A stretch of 64,000 nt of DNA from a virus, in IMG/VR virus record IMGVR_UViG_3300035158_000222, positions 35,955-99,954 of that record. The stretch is one strand, 5' to 3'. Positions 25,301 to 31,587 of the stretch are shown one piece after another. The notes under the pieces are model-generated. The model was not told where the DNA came from. It saw only the letters and a list, made by a program, of their open reading frames with translations, and did not search any database. Made by a program: the position numbers and the translations under genes. Every line of letters begins with the position of its first letter. The stretch's first letter is position 1.

Positions 25301-28153
25301 AAAGTCTTTGATGTGAGGATTCAGTTTCTTAACGGCTTCTATCCGCTCCTCGGGTGTAGGCTCTACGAATCCGACAACGGCATCCAGGTCCCATGGATCC
25401 ATGAATGATTCTAGTGGACCCTCGAACTCTGTCACGATCTTTCTGTCGTCAAGCCTGCTCCAGAGTTGCTCCTGATCTACAGTATGGTCGGGATAATTCA
25501 ACCATCGTCTTACCATCCGGATAGACATTAGTGCCTTGTCTATGGGCCCTGCATCGTCAGGCTCCATAATAACCTGGCCAAGTTTAAATTCATTCGGCAT
25601 ACCAAGAGACTTCATCTTCTTGTTAAGGAAGTTATCGGTCTCCATACCGATCCACTGCAGGAAGTTTTCGAATTCATTTACTGTAGCTAGCGTGGCTGGC
25701 CAAGCCTCTTTGAACAGGAGATTGTTATACTTCATTAGACCTTCGAATACGACCTGTGACGGTTTCCATTTGACTTCCTTGCCGGTAACCTTACCCCACA
25801 ACTTTCTTGGTCCCCAGGTAATGCCATCCGCAGTATATAGCGGAGCCTTAATGTATGGAGATATAATAACCGCATCGAATAGAGCCCAGGCTCTGCTACC
25901 CAACAGATCATATGTCAGACGTGCTCTTGATGGAGCCTCCCTATATGCCTCAATGATGCTGGTCGGCTTTACTAACCTTGCCTTCTCGAATGCCGCATGT
26001 TGCTTAGATTCATTATTTAATTCTTCGATCTCCTGGAATTGTCTTGCCCTGGCTTCCATCTCATTGGCTTCATCTATCTTCTTAAACGAATCAAGCAGCT
26101 TATTATAGAACCGGTCCAGTTCCTCGTTATATGATTTAAGTTCATTGTCATATTGCTCCTGGAGATCGGTAAGCTTTTGATTATCTGTCTGGACTCTTGA
26201 GTAGTTGTTTCTGATCCAGGATTCATTCTCTCTATATGAGGCTGCTATCTTCTGTGCATTGCTAAGCTCTCCGGCATTCATGATCTTACCTGCGATAACC
26301 GCATCCTGGAATGTAGGATTATTAACAAGGTCTTCAAGCCTTGGTCCGATATTATTCAGGATGGTTTCCTTCACATTGATTCTCTCTGCTATCTTATTTC
26401 CTTTTGTTACTTCGAGATTATATTTATCTAGAGTGCTGTGAAACTTTTGGGCCAGATCGTTGATCTTGATTATCCTATCCCTGTTCAGCATCCCATATGT
26501 CGTATGTGTCATCTGTTCGAACTCTGTCATCGCATCGAATCTGTAGCTATCCTCGATATACTTGTCCATCTCAGGATCAATCAATGAGTCAAGCTCTGCC
26601 TTCTGATCCAGCATCTCGTCCATCATCTCGTCAGCAGATTTAGACACGTCATCAAATTCGCTGGTAAGTATCTTAACTTCTTCCGATGTGGCAGATATAT
26701 CCGATAGGGATTCTGCGATATCGCCCATCTCTGATATCGTCTCTTCGATCACGCGGTGCTTCTCTTCGGGCACAGTGGTAAGGTCCAGCTTATACATCTT
26801 ATCCGTAGCATCCCTGGATAGCTGCAGGAGATCGGCTATATCATTGAACTTCCGCGTAGTTCTGTCCTGCACCTGGTATAGCGGGCTATCTTCCGGAAGG
26901 GCAAACATCTCTGCTTTCCTTTCCATTTCTTTTAATGCTTCCTCTCCCATCTTTTCCATGTCATATAGGGGCCTTCCTTTCTCATCTATCGGAATTGCAA
27001 TCCCAAGCTTCTTGGCTTCTTCAAGTGCTGGGCCTCTAAGCCAATCGAACTCAGCCTGTCGTGTTGACTCGGCTTTCTGCTGTTCTATCTCAAATGCCTT
27101 AGGGGCTGTGGTCTTTCTGATTCTCTGTACCTCTCCCTTCTGGGATACAAGAGTAAAATCATATTGGTTGTATATATCGAGAACCTCTTCGTAGCCCTTG
27201 CCCTGTTTGATTGCTTCATCGATTCTATCTTTCAGTTCTTCAATCTTCTTATCGGTTACTGGCTTGTTTAGGAAGTTCTTAACCGCATCGTCTATTCTAA
27301 CTTCCTCCTCGGCATCAAGCATAGTCTTAACTGCATTACCGAATCCCTTGCGGATCTTGTCCTGGACCGTTGCCTCTGGGGCATTGGTTCTGATACCGAT
27401 GCTCGGAAAATAAGTGTTTGTTACAGGAATAAAGTAGTCGGTCATTCCTTCTCTGATTTTTTGTTTAAGACCTTCGAACTTCTTTGCATCTTCCGGGGCC
27501 TTGGGTTGGAAGAATTCATCGAATCTCTCTCCGAGTTTATCCATCTGTTCGGTCACGTCTACTCCGAATATACTAAAAAAAGACCTGGCCTCGTCCGGTT
27601 CAGGGACGGGTTCAGGTCTCTTTTCGGGAGCCCTTGGTCTAAGCTCTGGGGGAACTTCAGCTTCTGGAATGATATCTACTCTGGGTTCGGGAACTTCCGG
27701 CTCTACAACTTCCACCTCTACAGCCTCTGGAGGAGGTACAATCTCCACCTTGGGCTCTGGAATTTCCGGCTCAACTACTTCTACTTTCGCCTCTGGGAAC
27801 TCGGGTTCAACAACCTCTACCTTTTGCTTCTTGGCTAGGTAGCGTTCGTATGCGCCTTCTTCGCGCCATTCTTTCCCCAGGTCTTTATCGATTTGTTCGT
27901 CTGCTACGTTTGGGAAACGTGCCTTCACTTCGTTCCATACCGGACCCCAGTCAACTCCTGTTTGCAACTTTCGTATACCCTCTTTGATAGCATCATCGTA
28001 TTGAGTGGCCGGGACAACAACCTCCTGCCCTACTTTAATCACATTGGGATCTGTTATGTCTTTATTCAGTTGAAGGACAGTGTTAAGATCCGACCCATAT
28101 TGTTTTGCAATATTGGTCAAAGTCTCGCCACCTTTAACGACATGGCGTATCAT
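10322..28153 (-). CDS. giant (5943 aa) LysM-containing polyvalent probable internal virion / ejection protein
   Basis: Uninterrupted 17.8-kb ORF. N-terminal LysM (HVVKGGETL..IAKQYG...LN.DI.DPNVIKVGQ), VEVVEPE repeats, further LysM-like half motifs, TPFHEIAHPF zincin motif, IHEFQSD motif, helical C-terminus. Confidence 0.85.
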   Translation of the reverse strand: MIRHVVKGGETLTNIAKQYGSDLNTVLQLNKDITDPNVIKVGQEVVVPATQYDDAIKEGIRKLQTGVDWGPVWNEVKARFPNVADEQIDKDLGKEWREEGAYERYLAKKQKVEVVEPEFPEAKVEVVEPEIPEPKVEIVPPPEAVEVEVVEPEVPEPRVDIIPEAEVPPELRPRAPEKRPEPVPEPDEARSFFSIFGVDVTEQMDKLGERFDEFFQPKAPEDAKKFEGLKQKIREGMTDYFIPVTNTYFPSIGIRTNAPEATVQDKIRKGFGNAVKTMLDAEEEVRIDDAVKNFLNKPVTDKKIEELKDRIDEAIKQGKGYEEVLDIYNQYDFTLVSQKGEVQRIRKTTAPKAFEIEQQKAESTRQAEFDWLRGPALEEAKKLGIAIPIDEKGRPLYDMEKMGEEALKEMERKAEMFALPEDSPLYQVQDRTTRKFNDIADLLQLSRDATDKMYKLDLTTVPEEKHRVIEETISEMGDIAESLSDISATSEEVKILTSEFDDVSKSADEMMDEMLDQKAELDSLIDPEMDKYIEDSYRFDAMTEFEQMTHTTYGMLNRDRIIKINDLAQKFHSTLDKYNLEVTKGNKIAERINVKETILNNIGPRLEDLVNNPTFQDAVIAGKIMNAGELSNAQKIAASYRENESWIRNNYSRVQTDNQKLTDLQEQYDNELKSYNEELDRFYNKLLDSFKKIDEANEMEARARQFQEIEELNNESKQHAAFEKARLVKPTSIIEAYREAPSRARLTYDLLGSRAWALFDAVIISPYIKAPLYTADGITWGPRKLWGKVTGKEVKWKPSQVVFEGLMKYNNLLFKEAWPATLATVNEFENFLQWIGMETDNFLNKKMKSLGMPNEFKLGQVIMEPDDAGPIDKALMSIRMVRRWLNYPDHTVDQEQLWSRLDDRKIVTEFEGPLESFMDPWDLDAVVGFVEPTPEERIEAVKKLNPHIKDFDKIPIGTEILLYKGAKDVPQIMKNWEKTYNWMRDARNEFKYRFEKEGSLMDIVPAGPDRMKIIADIQMRNDLYAMGIKDITKIPAGTEIKIPITREDDISFLNILNDQTRVKLQNNYPVFTELLDEALMIVTDPIDLLWYPVGRGTRRLMRPLGQKIAYKLLDDAERTGFKRAALGTFEFIWSLDNVIRKGKVPTERFYSPQDATTFRELLTTFEPNKINLNTLTVASMKWRGISLAKLLPYKGKKITQLTDQELGVLRAQNEVKFIEAVAKVSGEFDLPATRVKNYLREYVADPIRASADAEDVFWKFNETMGLATEDIRRLMQMFPETYYKRVLVKKDKTKLKDLVSDEIKADTDLFNEVVELNRGLYGEAFDPNNISRGVGVIVSPDNFLKEFRQRIFESRNLGRFELVYYGEQVANLDKVGRQALLDLFRVIEKVDKDGKVIKRERMIKTTEELDRVKKKLYEDYPKKYHGSIDRAVEAADIYRKRDDFFRRMVEADQAVPIKVTDDFVFYGITPDDFSALHPHDQALWKNNQNLILRDPDTGVYRVMYRRTRKTRMGLSGDLLGAFTAIAQQQIENSRRFTIGKISDNWKTLFFEKNQKFQFDPKTRKLTATSKGKTKTIIEYVEAAKNRGEMGPVVVYNLLRTAYLNPKVGWYHQFLNSAQRGELTSILGKFDVVKNKKQVVWTKQMSELYPIQDVVQRTYEGGIKDPKTGVREMWKRTGVHEIGEGRYTPYDPEVDLVFSSAIGLENLYYTNPNLYAKLRNVLDRSYQVTKMWDREKKIWIDRPDAPFKLTPADELVYFLMKLGGDKPAFFPKAPYNIVEMIMRGRYLTDQNINELLRNFNTLGTMWAVTRRDDILKARTDAALYETTKKEFALYTKFELNKTKDANQFTTLKDKLKEWPGMVPEKEGGNKGWSFEKYTDEQVRKMSELWNDYEFWFAERKLNKQVSYILRRKVPKEAFTEKFNKFTKEIQKGGLDILMKMDKEPGATTRSIPKIMQDVFENNQRSRVWKVLEPRLVDRAVIDKLNEMEQRAAQAKIDMLVTQEKLNIAKKKKRSKATIDKWQKAYEAKRVEWKKLQDVGKDYAKKMAVPELKFVDRVTPDRRISKQKHVSEDYFVTPELARELEIILHPTDAKGKPNPWYGKKFAWFGDSAEERAIINYMREHPSFVEDTHFEVLAPQAKIEETLTSAEIMQRLRAKGTYDPIVYAILEDRLPAGSGFRANDSIHLISQSVDPVKAAENPEYYLRNFEKALATPIVGIRDETGSIVKTKTAMELLLEFTELSDIEQRMLVGLSEEGIAREATRLRRERSGGKRVTRDYRNKVDREEAFEKLTPEEVGALLRDIKSPREILSYEKYLDKLREWNAAFYAAKKELGAIDIVRFVRDPEARRPKTINVDPAPPEVLLLPPPKTKLEKQAYGKKMSRYAIDSASYQVASRFGVKVKVINRREMKWAGQFVNGQVYINRAYAKASTPFHEIAHPFIEVISRENVDLYKALKKELDTEGEILKYIEKKYPEIKVGSEDFYKEGIAEAIGRYAADKISLTTGQRLISKVRELLDRVADYFNVMFGKREVIRPGELRPDLTLEDIGNLIALEKRKVDIGDAAKYSAVDDAIERELGTNLTAEQRADMYVDRMYVLPQGPYNPRTRTVDNLDRALTDGSFSGFKVKRKLLNQKDADMKAISKRVNPVELKYKFVDWLGEKKPDTAIALTSPFKFEGIKKAELEAMELFRKDLLETTKEKSMPASELADAYRNWLRQRYDLGVVDVTGHEMYGIKNLIPIGPMTDIQKKKVPIEYKRRLFVDDAVITNAHRFGIREAKKRYNGIGWYAEFKIGDDVFIHEFQSDILPEIKKSFVNGDYEIAGGITGIEEVAKREAKNRVSMLAKYKNDLELMSAMDNYNDVAKASEKAVHEIDLNIKANRDITFDVTSNKIENKLIRMYFDGNTQQRKDIAKFAEDYKAEFARLESEAEKIPAKELAAKQGQIFIEQNTSLYRRNEAGKNIIKWLEKHKLTSDLIAGAKDKGIFSRIDSVYKYEPEARGDLNATILGIAELNSKLDAGKLKTMPRLGELSKLRKKQFGPHDPMADYVLAFVEEQSKRLGTDTTTGKLLYDLDRKYYKNIVDLNANFKAGRTLKVKIGRLEFKRGLYKNLDSAKKIIDYYQGQEKRYRTTFMDILSNKAVKGRKIADYDVYKRYADLYDSWFDITIRHALYNKKAEGYRSVYLPTGKASDLIEGNSLASKLYYTVEESAELNYKHFGREIWDMMRGHKINIGEFGKQFLEKQVPPAERALYKAYAAWQDAHGGIDELRKFGMLADVVDSTATIFSGILSGEIKSSLPEGKAFSKLLQREHSNWVNGRGDYVGPRKKTVDLRTGKETMETKPDIANPGVFYTKLKKIKGAKVSFETPRWSRTPLIRVDLDDMTDGPIPRFQKMIDDVGENPSAMERIKKKKIVKKGDEYRKRQLAISREKFDDWEWKVTRRPSEDAKAAAEVSKLNQVGGNVIGKHLLSKSAREAFKPKKLPKAIRDFSAEELVKNLGVAFDVANKIGPDDLARWVNDKSDKADYRKQIKGLNDQLEDLSNQTRKIERDYEKRINGEYKVIEDGQALYNRQREKAKKMIDKEKDPKARAGMRKIVAESAIEFTVKRKQIRDGIDILKKERDAKIKKLDKKVDEVSTDLAAVENRMRHDMSVERFLLTGDTPDGKIVDKDGNINTTIARHVYDELDREIKRVQDSMKRQEKTLRTGDPDIDYNDILFNYRTNQEALVRLKAIKKSVIPMAVARHNHIPIPIDGVYWADKGHITPEMGAAMGALHNAIADMGDKLLTREGLKEIGVPTVTHPTTEVPRITAADIKKQFYDKLPSAKDLGQIKIMKADIVQVGNARSMTEVHAAIKGLFRKTGREKDFPVVFDMSGTLKETLDSFRKDLERRSTRMVGAQKEELIRQANEVRGYIKNMTVIVDPDFHPDNLGRILVGEGFGMNDVEARAVTKMVDKMKERGAIWIFGESSELASPWHLKNSMYGKGMLPEDRAMHNLMREDFDQIVRAAADPKPGFPGHFPVDPDSFASEFFGVDKKGNITIDSLLESRPQIAERSARDMALAGLEADMIRHNVGVGEAADYKKFVRGSNILVVGGRSTFLNPDQRKAIMYGYNNGTRFVFNGVKMMPGEKAVFEFVSSLPNSKVAFMSFNEKNIMAIRNGNPVKISMRDPKLKKTVTKAKHVDLMFPTTRQFRTKAMRDLYEKFSLPGTVNILKHEELIKAKLRQELQESVSKWMGDPNKFPPWFITDKMNMYHNSYFQKPIKDIMVDWASIKGRQELKEKFDKGIDSAMKEYRDEIRKGFMEQNNGKPLLDWQERLIDEHHRQAIEISKNIKRYVFKFDMPSRLIESFKRKMANHMFYLHERQRQEFDDTFNGIHEQLVGEVPRNLRYYERANKLFLKTLPDVNQVQKTIRRTAFSTFIWSVLMLRPGWLLWNYLGDSMRVIMGTRNVRLFIDISRLQAEATALRMKKHLINVREFTKLMIGKEADIGVYNLEAYLKAKKDSRSIPGMLRSKRVRKAYMESIKPRNKNLVNEAIELGDWESITSAGLVQYLADPKKAEGHVRVLRDYMDSEPLNNFVVARKTARKLKLAGRVFFADYVSMAAQLENMRRVIMAHDLMYRKAFNKAKTEIKVKKFLYDYRDLTLAGRFFRTFFPFYAFTAKSIGLYLGAMIKYGPGVYQASNALLDAYDKLSADMPDQFKERVPFGDKIWVLPHFGVLEYLRVIVDPFESLKKFADNPLKMSFALGWGPFFAGGIELVGKRGFHETGPLMRDFGKYGWFAEEQRRYKERDASRFTDELTYSDEPSALVTFMMAYLPPLRVMESIFETDYAVQLRGTAWYNSKKVRAIFKWFGLNYLELEDVAFVWDSLNKLPPHERDLFKRSLEAENPDLWKYFQQYNMLLQMDRINKAKGKSKEQKIYDLHKFIVIQVYFEKEWEKDGSGDVWLAQNPDIKHIVEKHFDDLEKQYGITSKQILGKRKFEMAQVEASIRKMLTTTRDVDQNKIARMNLAGISHPFKKPFKEAELRAELFDKFGNLKVKNIDEVVKILEKYDAIVTFLDPQIYKEEAEVDYQRWQALGLEAQEQARDEDARFYGRMSLVFATLPDNLDELPDEEANKYWDKYNKRLEDLILSIPKWKQRYLDEMPPWQREYYEKRVQYGNWWGEMIQRIEREEDTDFFNWFNAKPGWFRKWYYLSNPDARLYFPLVQETNIRRQKIVDTQDKTGFDPADWKGLYDYIWKNQNALKAWDRRRPGTYNYYDKLKQLYDGLTKAREVDDSTIYFDLFFQKKGNKGWDDFREFYFSKEHNTWKRITYPYVRTWLELQKRDEENELLTGKRTNLATVWFWSEKNKKARETYHENKKIDGVHSVVDYQRVWKDAADKFEKDPGIIYQFVYDQEEWFRNRYFDIHPDRKVYYPMALKMQEFEEFQDRLGYFFKAENKTQRDAWERDKPGIVGYYKFWYDHNNIKEKDGRAAALEFYFSDANKDYRLRHDSANPGAIEAYTLWKQYEAIDRESWEGRKERREFLRENPKLREWWDRDKDISEEEVAFNLQREIYYTIIDKVEADGKGRQYYLDYFEARAKAQKYFDDNPEFEQWFKSDREITRTPKQQAMDTLMEQYNALDYDSERREFLLEHEDLDRYLLLQVPPGIRRIRLLQRAYFKIEHEDSDKQYELRQTFLDRYPELEEYWEVSKMPTSYWTDRSKFDTTRNKFSKAEKFFEAVEQKQWRSAEKFKDLLPAVPDTRTEEGRWLLNKLYGRAMSTWATTFGTFMSTYYFKMLPSWLRNEYFKRHPEKKFLSYLSLGRQMEEGLRIEDNKRPDQAWAVRQQNKFRKNIPFDIKKQVEDILVKRGTWQDRSVWTDAQWDQWWEARIARVNALRQKDLEELPLLRSELLRVMRRYPLSTLPKPLKGWGDVNPFIVTNVIAFTNEEFSNTLEDRKVLTRVPERAKI

Positions 28154-28328
28154 ATTTTTAAACAGGGTAACTAACTACCCCCTCAACACGTTATAACTAC
28201 ATCGGCCTCAATAGGCATCTATCGTGGCTGGCCCACGTTGAGGGGTACGGCTCCATCCATAACGGAGGGATGTCCGCGCAAAAGATATGGGGCACCTACG
28301 CCAAGCCTCATGTAGAGGGGGCAATCAG

Positions 28329-28742
28329 TTATTCCCACATCATGAATGATTTGATCTTGTTAACGTTTGGAGCAAATGCTCCCTTCTCTTTCTTCTCCTT
28401 CTCGAGAGTGATAACCTCTCTCGACAGACCAAGTTTACCGTAATACAACTTGGTCAGATCGTATGCATTCGTGATGATCTTCCTATGCCTGTAGATTCCT
28501 TTGTCATCTTTAACCGGGTCGTAGACGAAGGGGAAGTTAAGTTTTCCCAGATCGATTCCATGGTTCTTGTTGTGAATGACGGTCAGGTCCGGGTCAACTT
28601 CGTGTACGAGTTTCTTCAGTTTCTTCAGATCCTTTTCAAAATAATGCAGTACATCAGCCTTGTTATCGGAGATGTTTATATGCCTCGTAGCTATGAAGGC
28701 ACAGAAGAATGATTCTTGTGGATAAATATTTACTGTGGTCAT
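28329..28742 (-). CDS. hypothetical protein
   Basis: 137-aa ORF in operon orientation. Confidence 0.6.
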   Translation of the reverse strand: MTTVNIYPQESFFCAFIATRHINISDNKADVLHYFEKDLKKLKKLVHEVDPDLTVIHNKNHGIDLGKLNFPFVYDPVKDDKGIYRHRKIITNAYDLTKLYYGKLGLSREVITLEKEKKEKGAFAPNVNKIKSFMMWE

Positions 28743-28850
28743 ATCTACAGTATATCACAAAAAGAAAACGAACGCAATTATGCGCTCGCCTTCTTAGTGG
28801 CCTTATCAATATCGAAGGTCTTTCTCTCGAAAAACTCTGCTTGCTTTCCG

Positions 28851-29162
28851 TCATTCCACTGGCTTACTGGTCTCAGATACCCCGTCACTCGGCTGTACAC
28901 TTCGCACTTCGTTCTCTTTTTTTCGTTCTTCATCTTGTTTCTGCCTACGTTCAGCCTCTATAGTTTTCAGTGGTCTATAGTCGCGAAAGGTTTCGGGGAC
29001 TGTAAATCCCTTGGCTTTGTTCTCTTTCGCGATTTCGACATTGGCTTCAAAGATAGCTTTGCGCCCTGCCGTTGTTCTGCACGTCTTACAGTACATAGCT
29101 TTCGAGCCATAGCGCTCGCCGCAATATGTACATTCGAAGATACCGCCAGAATAGTTTGACAT
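28851..29162 (-). CDS. zinc-ribbon hypothetical protein
   Basis: CTYC...CKTC. Confidence 0.6.
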   Translation of the reverse strand: MSNYSGGIFECTYCGERYGSKAMYCKTCRTTAGRKAIFEANVEIAKENKAKGFTVPETFRDYRPLKTIEAERRQKQDEERKKENEVRSVQPSDGVSETSKPVE

Positions 29163-29331
29163 AAACGTATTTTTATTTTATAAGTCACGAACTTAAGTTC
29201 GTAAAATAAAAACAGACCGGGGGGCCAGCCTGCTTTTAGGAAGCGACTAGGTTGTACAGGCAATAAAAAGTATTGGTTTTATAGCCTCTATTACGTAGTC
29301 GCTTATCCACAGGCTCTCTAGCCTTATTGTA

Positions 29332-29360
29332 ATTTTAGCACGCCCTGTGTGGAGTGTCAA
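29332..29360 (-). promoter_or_regulatory. sigma70-type promoter for the leftward operon
   Basis: Minus strand TTGACA-17 bp-TAAAAT with extended -10 TG. Confidence 0.75.
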
Positions 29361-29949
29361 GCAAAATGTTTCTATACTGTCAAGTTTCCTATCCGATAGG
29401 AAGGAATAGGAGCTGGTATTCGATTCTCGATAGTTCCCCTATTTACATCCCCTCGGTTTACGAACCTGAAGTTCGTAAAAGTAGGGTCATCCCCAAAGTA
29501 AATATCTTTTAGTATATAGAAAGACATAGTTACACTATATATATTAATATATATATATAATACTATATGTAGCTTGATTAGGCCATGGAATACCCCGGCC
29601 GTCAAGGACAACAAGGACATGAAAATACCGTCATTACCGACATATCGCCAACTGCTCCGGGGGAATACAAGCTTATTATCTAATACTAGCCAAGGATCGG
29701 TTGTTGTGATGGCGCATGGATTTGTGAGGGCGCTGATCAATATCGACGTACTGCCGCAATACGGCATAAAAGGTTCGAATCCATGGGCCCCCCATGAACT
29801 ACCGGTAGTTGTTAAAGTTAGTATATAACTACAACAAAGCATGAACTACCAGTGTTGCTTGTGCTAGGATTAGCCACATTCTTCTCGGCCGATGTAGAAT
29901 TGGCACATAACAAGTAAACAAATTAGATCAAAAATCGTCTTAGGTTCTA

Positions 29950-30012
29950 AATTTAAAAAAAGGTATCAGGCGAGGGGGACGAATTTAAAAAATGGTATTA
30001 GGCAAGGGGGAC
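29950..30012 (+). repeat. 31-bp tandem direct repeat (2 copies, 3 mismatches)
   Basis: AATTTAAAAAAAGGTATCAGGCGAGGGGGAC (29950-29980) and AATTTAAAAAATGGTATTAGGCAAGGGGGAC (29982-30012). Confidence 0.85.
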
Positions 30013-30586
30013 CCTTAATTTCACACTCTCTTTTTTGCCTTCGGGGGGAATCACTTATATATATTAACTAATATTAGTAGGTATCATGCTACGCATGTCT
30101 CATACCACGGTACTGTATGCAGGGAGCATTCTATGCTCTCATTTAAAATATTCGTCTAACGGCCGCAGGAAGTCTCTACCCACGGTCATGACGGCGGTGT
30201 GTTTTCTGATGACACAAGAAAAAAACGAACTTAAGTTCGTCAAAGGTCGAACTTGTGTCGCGCTAAAACTTAATATACCCGTGCGTATGAACAAGATTAG
30301 CATGTATCAAACTGTCCCTGAATGGGCCCTCAAACGAGGTGTCACCATCCATGGTTGGCACGTACTTGAGAGGATTTTCAGGACAGTTCCCGAAGATATG
30401 CACAAAGACGCTATCTTCGACAATATGCCATATGAAGACGCCTGTTGCATAAATCAGGCCAGAATATATGGCAGAGACAAGGGTTTGCTTTAAACCCGCT
30501 TAAATTACGTAGTTTAAGCTAAATTAACATGATTGCCCTACTTCAGAGGCTCTGAGGAGTCATGGACTGGACAATCCACTAAGATT

Positions 30587-30928
30587 ATGGCTTTAATACA
30601 CATGATCCAAGAAAACACTAATAATAGTAAAGGAACTCCCCGAAAAGAGGAAGTTTCCGTGTTAATCGGCAAGGCTTGGCCTAAAGAGGACGGTAGATTT
30701 ACAATGTCTCCCCTATCGGAACCAGTAGAGGGAAAGAAAGGCGAATTCAAGGTATCAGATGTCTATCCTCTGATCCTAACTGCATATACTCGCCTAACCT
30801 TCGGTGTGAATAAGAATTGTAACAAAGAGAAGAATCAGAACACCCATTGGGCGTTTCTGAACATAGAGAAAGACAGAATCGATGAGTATAAGGAGCTTTG
30901 CTCTAAGATTGGCCAAACAATCGATTAG
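30587..30928 (+). CDS. hypothetical early protein
   Basis: ATG in AT-rich context, followed by a terminator. Confidence 0.6.
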   Translation: MALIHMIQENTNNSKGTPRKEEVSVLIGKAWPKEDGRFTMSPLSEPVEGKKGEFKVSDVYPLILTAYTRLTFGVNKNCNKEKNQNTHWAFLNIEKDRIDEYKELCSKIGQTID

Positions 30929-30953
30929 GAAAGTAAGTAAGCTGTGTTGATGG

Positions 30954-30991
30954 AAAGAGAGAGGTCGGTTCACTCCGGCCTCTTTTCTTTT
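30954..30991 (+). terminator. intrinsic terminator
   Basis: GAGGTCGG-loop-CCGGCCTC followed by TTTTCTTTT. Confidence 0.75.
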
Positions 30992-31279
30992 CACGTCAGG
31001 TAGGAATAAATCTCTCCCCACGGTCCTGTTGGCGGTATTGCAGGCCGCCCTGCCTTAAATAAATAGAATATATTAGTGTATGTATCTGTTCGGTAGAATG
31101 TGTGTGTATGTGTAATGTAATGTGTGAGTGAGACTCACTCCTCTACTAACCTGCCCCATTTCTCTGGGGTTCTGGGCATGATCCCCTCTACCGGATAAGA
31201 TACTATAAAGGTCTATACACTTCTCTATTATATATTCTATAGGCATATTCATTAACCGGCCGAAGGAGGTCGTAAAACT

Positions 31280-31483
31280 ATGGGTAAAGATGAAGGTGCC
31301 AGGAACTTCCGATATAGCAGGAAGATATACCTGGCTAATTACCAGCCCAAGAAGAAGTATGAATCCGAAGAGTTCGCTTGCGAACATGATTCATTCGAAG
31401 AGGCCCGGGCTGTTGTAGAAGAGGCCGTTAAGAACAGGATCGCTGAGCTCACGGGTATGAAGGAGGTCCCCACGAAAGAATAG
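31280..31483 (+). CDS. hypothetical protein
   Basis: 67-aa ORF with AAAACTATG start context. Confidence 0.6.
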   Translation: MGKDEGARNFRYSRKIYLANYQPKKKYESEEFACEHDSFEEARAVVEEAVKNRIAELTGMKEVPTKE

Positions 31484-31587
31484 TGAGGTATCAAAGTTCG
31501 TTTCGCGAACTTAAGTTCGTCACTGTTTTGACATGATTGGCTAATATTAGTTAATCATGATTTTATTCATGTAATTGTGATGTACCT

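Noticed and set aside
10322-28153. Virion RNA polymerase (crAss- or N4-like), and the many plus-strand ORFs inside the giant gene
   Set aside because: No DFDGD/DFDID-type catalytic motif was spotted by eye. The plus-strand ORFs are antisense shadows with S/L/I-biased composition.
28717-28725. DnaA box
   Set aside because: A single 9-mer inside a coding sequence is compatible with chance.
31075-31145. Second pentamer array in a TG-rich stretch
   Set aside because: It has no sustained 5-nt phase or linker; it is only low-complexity TG/TA sequence and a short hairpin.
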